Below, one piece after another: positions 11,424 to 20,791 of a DNA stretch of 64,000 bases. Where the stretch lies: contig OY760074.1 in the NCBI GenBank assembly GCA_963663035.1, forward strand, positions 2,784,001-2,848,000, read 5' to 3'. The notes under the pieces were generated by a model. It searched no databases and was not told the DNA's origin. It saw only the letters and a program-made list of their open reading frames with translations. Position numbers and translations under genes: made by a program. The stretch is from Acidobacteriota bacterium. Its GTDB lineage: Bacteria > Acidobacteriota > UBA6911 > RPQK01 > JADFOI01. Within the stretch, counting starts at the first letter, position 1. Each line of letters opens with the position of its first letter.

Positions 11424-12902
11424 GTGATGAGCATCGACGACCGTGACGATCTGGTAGGCGACGTGGCGGACGCGCTCACGCTGGACCAGAAGGTGCAGTG
11501 GGAGCGCTGCGCACGGCTGGCCGCGGGCGCCGATCGCGAGAAGATCGAGAACCTGCGCGTCATCGAGCGTGTTCTGGCGAGCCGCCCGTCCGCAGGACCG
11601 GCGCCGGAGGCCGCCGAGACGACCCGTCCCTACGGCACCGCTGTCGTGCGGCGCGCCGTCCACGCACTCATCGCCATCGCGACCATCGAGGTGGCGGCAA
11701 CACTGCTGTTGCTGCCGTGGGCCTGGGGCGACTACCTTCGCGAGCACGGCGAGGTGGCCGTCTACATGACGACCAAGTTCGCCGGGCATGCCGCAGGCGC
11801 CGGCCTGTTGCTGTGGGCCGGTCGCGGGGACTGGCGGTCCTGGCTGCTGGGGATCTATTGCCTCCTCAAGGCCACCCAAGCGCCGCTGCTCATGATCCAG
11901 GCCTTTTTTCTGGAGCTGCCGCCGCCGCCGGAGTACGCGGCCTTTATCCAGCACCTGCCCGCCGCCAACCGGCTCTTCGTTGCCCTCTACGTTCCCGCGT
12001 TCCTGTTCGCGCCGGCCTTCCTGTGGGCGTTCGCCCGCGAGTGCCCGCTGGTCCATCGCCGGACCTGGCTCGATGATCTGGCGCGTCGCATGATCCCGGC
12101 CAGCGTGCTGATCGGTGGCGGCCTCTGGCTCGCCTGCGCCGTGACGCTGGAGTTGGCGCGGGTGGGCTATGCGGGGGCGCCGGTCGCACTGGTGCTCGAT
12201 GGCACGATCGCCACGCTGGACCTGCTGGCGCTGGGGGCGGCCGCCCTCGTCGCGCTACGCGCGCACACGGCGCCGGCCGACGAGGTGAGGCGCGTCGTGG
12301 TGTTCAGCGCGGGGTTCCTCCTCTTCATGGGAGTCGGGGCCGCCTACGACCTGGCCGAGGCGTTTGCGCCCGGGGACTGGGTCTCCAATTACCGCTGGTC
12401 GCCGACGGTCCTGCTGATCGAGGTGCTGCGCTTTCCCGGGTTGATCCTGCTCTGGTACGCGGTGCTGGCGGCGCGCATTCCCCACCTGCGGGAGGCGGTG
12501 CGGGCGCTCTACCGCCGGTTGCTGATGCGCCCGGGCCTGCTCGGGGCGGTGGCCTCCGTGCCAGCCGGGGCGCTGGCGTGGCTCATCGGGCGCAGCCCGG
12601 AGCGTGCGGTGAGCGCCGTCATCTCGGATCCGCTGGCGCAGTCGCTGTTCGCGGCCGTCGGGATCCTGCTGCTGGCGATCGCCGCCCGTGAACGCATCCT
12701 GATCCACCTGGACACCTGGATCCTCCCCGAGACTGCAGACCAGCGGCAGGCCCTGGCCGATGCGGCGGGCCGCGCTTGTCGCGCGCAGCTCGAAGGTATA
12801 GGCCGTGCCGGTGGAGGGCGGGGGCTTCTCGGGAATAGACGCCACGAGGGCACAGATAGTCCAGGACTAGCGAGCAGCGGCATCCCGTGGGAGCAACCAT
12901 GA
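11424..12902 (+). pseudogene. Polytopic membrane sensor-like protein, 3'-truncated (probably an ECF-associated Ser/Thr kinase that lost its kinase domain)
   Basis: Anti-sigma-like N-terminus (DVADAL...VQWE...NLRVIERV) and many TM segments; GC-rich coding pattern ends abruptly at ~12780. The kinase call is inference. Confidence 0.55.
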
Positions 12903-13051
12903 ATAACTCAACCCTCACCATCCGAACTGTTGGGTTTAGGCGCTTGTGCCAAGGTTGTTTCCGGGTTCTGTTTTCCGGGTTTTACTCTCAAAAAGGGGCT
13001 AATCTCTCACCGCCGGTGGTTGGTTTGGGTCCGTTTTGGGTTCTGGTTGAT

Positions 13052-13190
13052 TTATTCACAGGGTTAGTAGTCCCTACTACTTGTTCTTTAACTACTTGTA
13101 TAGTGACACACTTTCAGCGGGAACTTGGGCGTTTTAGTGACACACTTTCAGCGGGGAAAACTGGCCCAGATCAAAGCTATCTGTGGATAA
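13052..13190. promoter_or_regulatory. Plasmid-type origin remnant 1 (2 iterons, 2 DnaA boxes)
   Basis: TAGTGACACACTTTCAGCGGG at 13101 and 13135; TTATTCACA at 13052; TGTGGATAA at 13182; lies downstream of the repA remnant. Confidence 0.65.
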
Positions 13191-13320
13191 ACCTCACAGC
13201 GGTGATCGCCTAGGAGGCTCCAGGAGGGCGTTTCAGTAGCTCCGGCACCTAAAGAAGGATGCGCGGTCGCTTGAAGGGCCGTCAGGAGTGGGCTTTGGGC
13301 CGGGGAATAGGTTTTGAGGG

Positions 13321-13579
13321 CTATTCCACGAGCGAAAGCCGCTGTGGTGGGGAAATGGCAGAGGCCGAGGGGTAAAGGATCAACACGCCCGGCTCCGTCG
13401 CGTAGTTCAGAGACGGCCAAGCCAACTTGATCTTCTTCAACTCGCGCAGCGCTTTTTCACGGAAGCTGCGGACAGCAAATTTATTGTTAGCCTTGGCGGG
13501 GTCCACTCCAAACTGGCGGTACACCTGCCGCCAGGAGAGCCGCAGCGGGCGCTTGAGCGTAAAGGTGCGGTAGGAGAGC
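13321..13579 (-). pseudogene. repA: Plasmid RepA_C replication protein, C-terminal remnant cut by IS3
   Basis: YRTFTLKRPLRLSW...QFG...LRELKKIKLAWPSLNY...GVLIL aligns with the C-terminus of 14860..15771. Confidence 0.85.
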
Positions 13580-14846
13580 TGACCTGCCCCCACGAACGAG
13601 TCCACCCTCTATGCTAGACCCGGGACCATTTGAAGTCCACTCCAAGGGATTGGATCCAGTGCCTGCGACCTAGGTAGTTTGGCCTCTGGCGCCGGCGGCC
13701 GATAGGCCAAGGCGCTGTGAGGCCGGATCTGATTGTAATCCCTCCGCCAGCGTTCTACCAACACCTTGGCTTCCCCCAGCGTGTCGAAGATCTCCATGTT
13801 CAGCAGCTCATCCCGTAGTTTCCCGTTGAAACTCTCAATGTACCCATTCTCCCAGGGGCTGCCCGGCTCGATGTACAAGGTCCTTACCCCAACAGCCTGC
13901 AGCCAGTCCCGGACCGCCTGTGCCGTAAACTCCGATCCGTTATCGGACCGGATAAACTCAGGCACTCCCCGATCAACGAATAACTCCGCCAGCCGGTCCA
14001 ACACGTCTTGGTGATTCATCTGCCGTTTCACATCAATGGCGAGGCACTCTCTGGTGTACTCATCCAGGATCGTCAATAGCCGAAAGGCTCGCCCATCATG
14101 GGTCCGTTCATGCACGAAATCATAGCTCCAGACGTGGTTCTTGCGAGCCGCTCGTAACCGAACACAGGAACCGTCATTAAGCCACAGCCTCCTTCGTTTC
14201 GGCTGTCTGGACGGGACTTTCAGCCCTTCTTGTCTCCACAGCCTCTCCACCCGCTTAGGATTCACCTTCCACCCTTCCCCATGAAGTATCGCCGTGACCC
14301 GCCGGTAGCCATAACGCCCGTATTGCGTAGCCAACTCCACCATCCGGGCCACCAATCGGGCCTCATCATCGGGAATTTGCCTTTCCCTTCGCTGGGTCGA
14401 TCGAACCTGTCCCAGCACTTGGCAGGCCCGACGTTCGGAGACTCGCTCTGCTCCTAATCGCTCTCGTACCCACATCACCGCTCGTCTCCTGTTCGCCGGG
14501 CCTAGAAGTTTCCCGAGGACACTTCCTTCAGGATCTGCTTGTCCAAAGACAGATCCGCCACCAGCTTCTTCAACCGGGTATTCTCCTTCTCCAACACCTT
14601 CAACCTCTTGGCCTGGTCCAACCGGAGCCCTCCGTACTCTTTGCGCCACCGGTAGTAGGTCTGCTCGCTCACCCCCATCTGCTTCGACACCTGTCCCACC
14701 CTCTGTCCTTGGGCCAGACCCACCTCTGCCTCACGCAGCTTCATGATGATCTGTTCTGCCCTAAACCGCTTCCCTGCCATCCTTGCCTCCTTCCTAAACC
14801 GGAAATCCTAACATTCAAACTGGACTCGTTTTAGGGGGCAAGGTCA
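13580..14846 (-). mobile_element. IS3-family element, complete (1267 bp)
   Basis: Termini TGACCTGCCCCC...GAGTCCA and TGGACTCG...GGGGCAAGGTCA; orfA/orfB; no target duplication visible. Confidence 0.95.
13609..14780 (-). CDS. IS3 transposase OrfAB (programmed -1 frameshift)
   Basis: orfA 14502..14780 ends at GGGAAAC; orfB has WSYDF, SDNGSEF and [13 protein letters not shown] motifs. Confidence 0.93.
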
Positions 14847-14859
14847 CCGGGAGGGGTTC

Positions 14860-15771
14860 GTGAAGGCGTTCCGAGAATACTCGCCTCAGGCTCGCCACCA
14901 CTTCACCCGCTTCGATCAGGTGGAGCAGCTGGTTAGAGCCAGTGAAGCAGACCCCGACACGGGGTTCATGGCGCGGCTGATGATGCTGTGTTCCCTGCCC
15001 CGCACCAACCCAGGTACCCAGCTTCAGTACAAGCGTGTCAATGGCCCCTACACCCTGATCATGACGGCCGTGGGCCAGACCGGGCTGCCCTTCGGCAATC
15101 TCTCCCGCCTGTTGCTAGCCTGGGTATGCACCGAAGCGGTGCGCACCCAATCCCGCGAGCTGATCCTGGGACCCTCGCTCTCCGGGTTCATGCGCCGGCT
15201 GGGCATGGCTCCGATCGGGGGTGGCAGCCGGGGCGAACGCACACGGCTAAGCAACCAGATAAAGCGGCTCTTCAATGCGCATATCCAGCTGGCCTATGAA
15301 GATGAGCGGGTCTCGGCCAGTGTTAATTCGCCGGTCGCCAGCCGGACCGGGTTCTGGTGGAACGAGCGCAAGACCGGCGAGCGGCTGGGGTGGGAGAGTA
15401 AGATCGAACTCGGCGGGAAGTTTTTCCACGAGATCATCTGCCACCCGGTGCCGCTCGACCTGAACACCCTGAAGGCTCTCAAACGTTCTTCGCTGGGCAT
15501 CGATTTCTATCTGTGGTTGACGTATCGGAACTTCACATTGAAGCGCCCGCTACGTCTCTCCTGGGGGCGCCTCTACCTCCAGTTCGGGGTTAATCCAGCC
15601 CAGGCGGGTGGCGGGGGCACTATTAACAACTTCCGCACGGACTGTTTGCGCGAGTTGAAGAAGATCAAGATGGCATGGCCGTCTCTAGACTACTCGACGG
15701 CCAAGGGCGTTTTGATCCTCTGGCCCTCGAAGCCAGCTATCGTTTCCACGCATCTTCAGCTCGAGGAATAG
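14860..15771 (+). CDS. repA: Plasmid-encoded replication initiator, RepA_C (IncW-like) family
   Basis: LCSLP...NG...GLPFG...RLLLAWVCTEAVRT.SREL.LG.SLS.FMR.LG motif; N-terminus may be clipped by IS3. Confidence 0.85.
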   Translation: MKAFREYSPQARHHFTRFDQVEQLVRASEADPDTGFMARLMMLCSLPRTNPGTQLQYKRVNGPYTLIMTAVGQTGLPFGNLSRLLLAWVCTEAVRTQSRELILGPSLSGFMRRLGMAPIGGGSRGERTRLSNQIKRLFNAHIQLAYEDERVSASVNSPVASRTGFWWNERKTGERLGWESKIELGGKFFHEIICHPVPLDLNTLKALKRSSLGIDFYLWLTYRNFTLKRPLRLSWGRLYLQFGVNPAQAGGGGTINNFRTDCLRELKKIKMAWPSLDYSTAKGVLILWPSKPAIVSTHLQLEE

Positions 15772-15918
15772 TGCTCAGGCCCCCTGTGGCAACCCCGAAT
15801 CGCCCACTGGCGTTGGGGGGCTTAGAAGGAGGAGAACATCGAAGGCCTAAAAATCGCGTCTGGAGCACCTGAAGACGCGTTTCATCCACAGCATCTTTTG
15901 ATTTGGGAGAGTTTTCCA

Positions 15919-16065
15919 GGATGAAACACCAATACTCTAAACGCCGGTATTTGGATGAAACACCAACACTCGGAGCCGATTCCTTGGATGAAACACCAAT
16001 ACACTCATGTAGTTAATCTCAAGTAGAAGAGCTACAAGTAGTAAGAGCGGCTAACTTGTGGATAA
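15919..16065. promoter_or_regulatory. Plasmid-type origin 2 (3 iterons and a DnaA box)
   Basis: GGATGAAACACCAA at 15919, 15953 and 15986 (33-34 bp period); TGTGGATAA at 16057. Confidence 0.7.
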
Positions 16066-16114
16066 CGAAACCAACAGAACTCAAATAGCGTGGCTGCCGG
16101 CGTGCAGCTACGTG

Positions 16115-16369
16115 CTATGTATCTGTTGAATGGAGTTCGCCAGCGAACTGCTCAATTGAAGTGACGCTTTTCTCTCCTGAACGCTCCTTGAGAAACTTCA
16201 TGAAATTTTCACTATTGCCTAGTTGGGTCACTTCGAGCTCGAAGTCGTCGGCCTCTTCCAACACAAAGCTAGTGCCATCCTGCGAGACGAGCAAGACAAC
16301 CTCACGGCGAGCGATGGCGAGGAGTTCGTCCACCGAATGGGCGTTCTTATCTAAGTTTATGGTTTTCAT
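16115..16369 (-). CDS. Putative antitoxin downstream of a RelE-like toxin
   Basis: 84-aa acidic ORF with ATGA coupling to the upstream toxin remnant. Confidence 0.6.
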   Translation of the reverse strand: MKTINLDKNAHSVDELLAIARREVVLLVSQDGTSFVLEEADDFELEVTQLGNSENFMKFLKERSGEKSVTSIEQFAGELHSTDT

Positions 16370-16497
16370 AGATCAACCTTCTTTCCTCGGATGAATAGTA
16401 TATTGTGTTCTTTGTGGCCCACGGCAACCACCTTCACTTCATTATCTTCTTCGACCGAGTAGAAAACACGAAATCTATCAACCCGGAGTTCCCACGG
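16366..16497 (-). pseudogene. RelE/ParE-family toxin, C-terminal remnant
   Basis: Manual translation PWELRVDRFRVFYSVEEDNEVKVVAVGHKEHNILFIRGKKVDL*. Confidence 0.7.
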
Positions 16498-16590
16498 TGA
16501 GACCGTATGCGGTCACGGGTATTTCTTGATTTGTAGAAGAAGTGGCCGCTGCAGGTGAACTAACAACCGTTAGACCGACAAGCTTTTCCG

Positions 16591-16619
16591 TTGACTTCAT
16601 ATGCATCATTGATGCATAT
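16591..16619 (+). promoter_or_regulatory. vapBC promoter and operator
   Basis: TTGACT -35 followed by the palindrome ATATGCATCA-T-TGATGCATAT just before vapB. Confidence 0.65.
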
Positions 16620-16627
16620 TGATGCAT

Positions 16628-16825
16628 ATGAGAACGACGTTAAATATCGATGATACCTTGATTGAGAAGGCGGCTAAGCTGACCGGCACAACTGAAAAGA
16701 CGACGCTGATCCGGCGAGGGTTGGAGGCGCTGATTGCGCTGGAGAGCGCACGGCGCCTGGCAGCATTGGGTAGCACTGAGAAAAATCTCCGGCCGATTTC
16801 CCGGCGACGGCCGCCTTCGGCATGA
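16628..16825 (+). CDS. vapB: VapB-family antitoxin
   Basis: MRTTLNIDDTLIEKA...KTTLIRRGL; ATGA overlap with the PIN toxin. Confidence 0.85.
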   Translation: MRTTLNIDDTLIEKAAKLTGTTEKTTLIRRGLEALIALESARRLAALGSTEKNLRPISRRRPPSA

Positions 16826-17184
16826 TCACGCTGGTCGATACCTCAGTATGGATCGACCACCTGAGGAAGGGCAACAACCAACTTGCCACACTGCTCGATA
16901 AAGGCGGTGTCTGTTGCCATCGCTTCGTGATCGGCGAATTAGCCTGCGGTACGCTTCGCAATCGTGATGAGCTGCTGGGTCTATTACGGGCTTTACCAGA
17001 GGTACAGCTTGCTGAACATGAGGAAGTCTTGAGCTTCATCGGCGAACGAAAACTCGCGGGTCGCGGTCTGGGATGGATCGACATGCATTTGCTTGCTTCC
17101 GCACTACTCGAAAACTGCAAAATGTGGACTTTCGATAAAGCACTAGGAGCAGCAGCAACTGAACTGGAGCTCGATCCCAATTGA
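16822..17184 (+). CDS. vapC: VapC PIN-domain toxin
   Basis: LVDTSVWIDHLR...GELACG...IDMHLLASA...WTFDKAL. Confidence 0.9.
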   Translation: MITLVDTSVWIDHLRKGNNQLATLLDKGGVCCHRFVIGELACGTLRNRDELLGLLRALPEVQLAEHEEVLSFIGERKLAGRGLGWIDMHLLASALLENCKMWTFDKALGAAATELELDPN

Positions 17185-17339
17185 ATGCCCGCTAACACCT
17201 GGAGGCACACGCCGGTGGCTACTAGTTTTGGATTTTGACAAGCGTAATAGCCGCAGATGGGCCATCCGTGAGCCTGCGGAAAGCGGCCAGGGATATCCAA
17301 CGTGAAGTGCGTTTGGAACTGGTCTTAGCGCAGCATCGT

Positions 17340-17427
17340 TGAGCGGATTTTGATCTGACGTATCGATGTTTTTAGTCAGTGACCTGAGTCGGATGTTCCG
17401 CTGGCACAATACTTGGAGAACCTCCAC
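17340..17427 (-). pseudogene. Serine recombinase (resolvase) internal fragment
   Basis: LQVLCQRNIRLRSLTKNIDTS resembles the resolvase catalytic-domain segment. Confidence 0.5.
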
Positions 17428-17610
17428 GAGGGGAGTTGTAGATCTACAACTCCGGGAGGTCTCACACCGAATGCGCCTACAATAAATCCAACCACCGACT
17501 TCGGGAACCTAACTATGAATGGCAGAATCCGTCTTAATTCGGCTGCCCCGCTGTCCAACGAATGGCGCCGGCTTCTGTTAGGCTCAGTTGATGTAATGAG
17601 GGCTGGACTG

Positions 17611-18414
17611 ATGAAAGTGATCAGCGTTGCATCCATCAAAGGCGGCGTCGGGAAGACAACTACTATTGCCATGCTCGGCCATTTTGCGTCCGAACATGGT
17701 CTGCGAACGCTTTTGATTGACGCTGACGTTCAGGCTAGTCTCACCGCTTCGTTTTTCGAAGATATTGACGACCTTGAGGGCCGACACACAACGTACAACC
17801 TTATGGTTGATAATGGCCTGATCGAGCCTATAGTGGTGAAGGCTAACCTCAGTATCCTACCAGCTGATGCGTATCTGTATCGACTATCAGAATCTAAAGA
17901 TCTAAAGGTGATGATGTGTTTGAAAGAGCGCATCGGAGAGTTGTTCCCCAAACGGTTCGACCTTGTGTTGATCGACACGCCTGGATCTACCAGTACCGTC
18001 CTCGTGTCGGCGCTGGGTGCTTCACATCACGTGTATTCACCGATTGAATTGCAGAAGTACTCCGTCCGCGCGTTCAGTGAAGTTATGGGCCTCATCAAAT
18101 CGGTGCGCAGTTCCATCAATGCCGGTTTAAAGTTCGAAGGCTTTCTGCCAAACCGTGTTCGCGGCATACGCGCGAAAGATGGTTCAGGATGTGTAGAGCC
18201 GGTCGGCATAAAGCAACGTGCGATCTTTGAAGAATTGCAGACCATTGGCCCGAATATGATCCTGGGCATGTTTGGGTTGCGTGATGCTATTGGTGATGTT
18301 GAGTATGGAAAATCGATCAATGAAGCACACGGTCGTGGATCTGTTGTTGCTCAATCGGAGATCAATGCGTTCGCAACTGAGCTTCTACAGCGCGCAGGAT
18401 TTACATTGAATTAA
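17611..18414 (+). CDS. parA: ParA/Soj partition ATPase
   Basis: KGGVGKTT, LLIDADVQAS and DLVLIDTPG motifs. Confidence 0.9.
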   Translation: MKVISVASIKGGVGKTTTIAMLGHFASEHGLRTLLIDADVQASLTASFFEDIDDLEGRHTTYNLMVDNGLIEPIVVKANLSILPADAYLYRLSESKDLKVMMCLKERIGELFPKRFDLVLIDTPGSTSTVLVSALGASHHVYSPIELQKYSVRAFSEVMGLIKSVRSSINAGLKFEGFLPNRVRGIRAKDGSGCVEPVGIKQRAIFEELQTIGPNMILGMFGLRDAIGDVEYGKSINEAHGRGSVVAQSEINAFATELLQRAGFTLN

Positions 18415-18434
18415 CCCATTGAGGAGGCACAAGC

Positions 18435-19331
18435 ATGAATGATAAATCGGGTAACAATTCAGGCATGATGTCCAATATCTCGGATTTCCTTGAGCAAGAA
18501 GAATCTGACCACTTAGTTAACCTTCCTATTGGCGATATCGATCCAAATCCAAACCAAGATCGCCATTCTTGGGAAGAGCCCGAGACCACCGCGCACCTTG
18601 AGGCAATGACTGCCAGTGTCAAAACAAACGGCGTGCGGCGCCCCATCGAGGTTTTTGAACATGTGCCCGGGCGCTTCCAGATTATCGCTGGCGAAATACG
18701 TTACCGGGCGGCAAAGGCTGCGGATCTAGACACGATTCTCGCCTTAGTGAGATTGAACCTGGATGAAAAGCAACGCAGTCTAGATATGTTCACGGAGAAT
18801 TTTTCCCGCTTGGGACTCATGCCGATGGAACTCGCCCGTGCGTTGAAGAAACGAATAGACCAAGGTATTACCCGCGAAGAATTGATGACCGCTGTTGGGA
18901 AAGACAAAGCTTGGTTAAGTCGGATACTTGGTCTCCTACAATTACCTGATGACGTACAAACCTTTGCCGCATCTGGCAAGGTCCGCGATCCAGCTCGACT
19001 GCATGCGCTGGGCCAGCTCGAAGAAGAAACTCGTGGGGTCACACTTGCGCGGATCGAAAGCGGAGAAATTACTACGAAAGATGCATTGGCTGCTCAGAAA
19101 CAGACCTCCCGTACTGACAAAAAATCGACGAAACTAGACGCAAAAAAGGTCAGTAAACAGTTCGTGCCTAACCTCACTATGACGCCGGACGAAGCCCGTG
19201 CGTTGATAGTACACTTTCACCCTGATTGGCCTCCTTGCGAAACCGATTACGATCTTGATGAACGATTTAAAATTATCCTTGGCGAACTCAAGAGTGGTGA
19301 AATTAGGCCAGCAGCTACACCCGAAGCATAA
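18435..19331 (+). CDS. parB: ParB/Spo0J partition protein
   Basis: IDPNPNQDR...IIAGEIRYRAA...EN; HTH region; GAGGAGG RBS. Confidence 0.88.
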   Translation: MNDKSGNNSGMMSNISDFLEQEESDHLVNLPIGDIDPNPNQDRHSWEEPETTAHLEAMTASVKTNGVRRPIEVFEHVPGRFQIIAGEIRYRAAKAADLDTILALVRLNLDEKQRSLDMFTENFSRLGLMPMELARALKKRIDQGITREELMTAVGKDKAWLSRILGLLQLPDDVQTFAASGKVRDPARLHALGQLEEETRGVTLARIESGEITTKDALAAQKQTSRTDKKSTKLDAKKVSKQFVPNLTMTPDEARALIVHFHPDWPPCETDYDLDERFKIILGELKSGEIRPAATPEA

Positions 19332-19378
19332 GATCAGATCGCACGTTGCTTGATAGTAATATCATTATATGATATCAT

Positions 19379-19639
19379 GTGTGTGTGCGAAAGAAACACC
19401 GCAAGACCTTGGAGGTGATCTTCAAGCGGCCCACCCAGTCCGGTGTCAACTGGGCGGATATCGAATCGCTTTTCGCAGCCTGCGGTGCCTACATCGAGGA
19501 GCGGGAAGGTTCCAGGGTCTACGTCGAATTGAACGATGTGGCGGGTCACTTCCATAGACCCCACCCCGAGAAGGAAACCCGAAAAGGAGCCGTAGAGTCA
19601 GTGAGGAGATTTCTAAGGGAGGCAGCGATAGAACCATGA
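19379..19639 (+). CDS. hicA: HicA-family toxin
   Basis: WADIESLF...EREGSRV...FHRPHPEKE motif. Confidence 0.88.
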   Translation: MCVRKKHRKTLEVIFKRPTQSGVNWADIESLFAACGAYIEEREGSRVYVELNDVAGHFHRPHPEKETRKGAVESVRRFLREAAIEP

Positions 19640-19971
19640 TGGAACACAAAGGATACCGTGCGGTGGTTACTTTCGATGACGCGGCCGACGTCTTCCATGG
19701 AGAAGTGATGGATACTCGGGACGTGATTGTTTTTGAGGGCACCTCCGCCGCCCAACTCAGGAAGGAATTCGAATTCTCGGTTGACGACTACCTGAAGGTC
19801 TGCGAAGAACGAGGGCGGACTCCAGATAAGCCATTCTCCGGGAAGATCCCCCTCCGGGTTCCGTCTGCGGTCCACCGAGCTGCCACCGCAGCCGCTAGGG
19901 CCCATGGAAAAAGCCTCAACGCCTGGATTACCGAGACGGTAGAAGAGGCGGCAGGGAAGACAGTCGGGTAG
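19636..19971 (+). CDS. hicB: HicB-family antitoxin
   Basis: KGYRAVVTFD...SVDDYL...PDKPFSGKIPLRV...SLNAWI. Confidence 0.9.
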   Translation: MMEHKGYRAVVTFDDAADVFHGEVMDTRDVIVFEGTSAAQLRKEFEFSVDDYLKVCEERGRTPDKPFSGKIPLRVPSAVHRAATAAARAHGKSLNAWITETVEEAAGKTVG

Positions 19972-20159
19972 AGGCGTGGGTTATAAAAACAGATCTGCTC
20001 GCAGATGGTAAAAACCGAAGCATTAGTAGTCATTTCGATGGAACCGTTCGCTGCATTCAGGCGGAAACGTTCGAGGTCTCAACGCCACCCGAGGCGGCGC
20101 TCTGCAAGGAGTGCGCTCTGCGGGAGCGAGGGGGTCATCAGAAGATCCGAGGTGTTTGC

Positions 20160-20639
20160 ATGACACCCGATGACCTCAGAATCCTCATCCAGGAAGGGGA
20201 GGGCACGAAACTCGAGTTCAAGGAGGCTCTCTCGTCGTTGTTTGTACGGGAAATTGTGACTCGGGGCAACACCATCGGCGGCGAGATTCTTCTCGGCGTG
20301 CACGACTCCAACACTTTACGAGCCCGCATTCAGGACATCGCCCGCAACTGCGATCCACCGGTGGAGGTTCGAGCGGAGACAGAGGAACGTCCGATGGAGC
20401 TAGTCACCGGGGAAGTTCGACTACTACGGGTGATGTCAGGTGAAATGACCAGGCAGCGCCTCCAGGAAGCTCTTGGTCTGAAGCACGAGGACCATTTCCA
20501 CAAGGCCTATCTGATCCCTGCCCTGCGGTCCGGTCTGATCGAAATGAAGATCCCGGACCAGCCGCGCAGCAGCAAATAGCGCTACCGCCTGGCGACGGCG
20601 GGAAGCGCATACCTGAAACAAACCGAAGAGAAACGGTAA
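20160..20639 (+). pseudogene. AlbA/Schlafen-domain ATP-binding regulator with internal deletion and in-frame TAG
   Basis: LIQEGEGTKLEFKE...GGEILLGVHD joined directly to a C-terminal HTH tail YLIPALRSGLIEMKIPDQPRSSK*RYRL. Confidence 0.7.
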
Positions 20640-20690
20640 ATGTCAAAGATCGACATCACGGAAACCAAGTTGGTCTGGTTCGGCAAGGAC
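20640..20690 (+). pseudogene. Possible N-terminal remnant of a type III (Mod-like) DNA methyltransferase
   Basis: MSKIDITETKLVWFGK resembles Mod N-termini (LVW.GK); very short. Confidence 0.3.
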
Positions 20691-20791
20691 AACGTGGTAT
20701 CTCAATCCGGATCCGTTACGAACAAATGTACCGGCCACACAACAAAGAACGCTGACGGTAGGAACTGCCCGATGCTTCGGGAGCAAAAAGC

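Noticed and set aside
15919-15999. Short spaced repeats as a mini-CRISPR
   Set aside because: 14-bp units with a 33-34 bp period next to repA and a DnaA box fit iterons.
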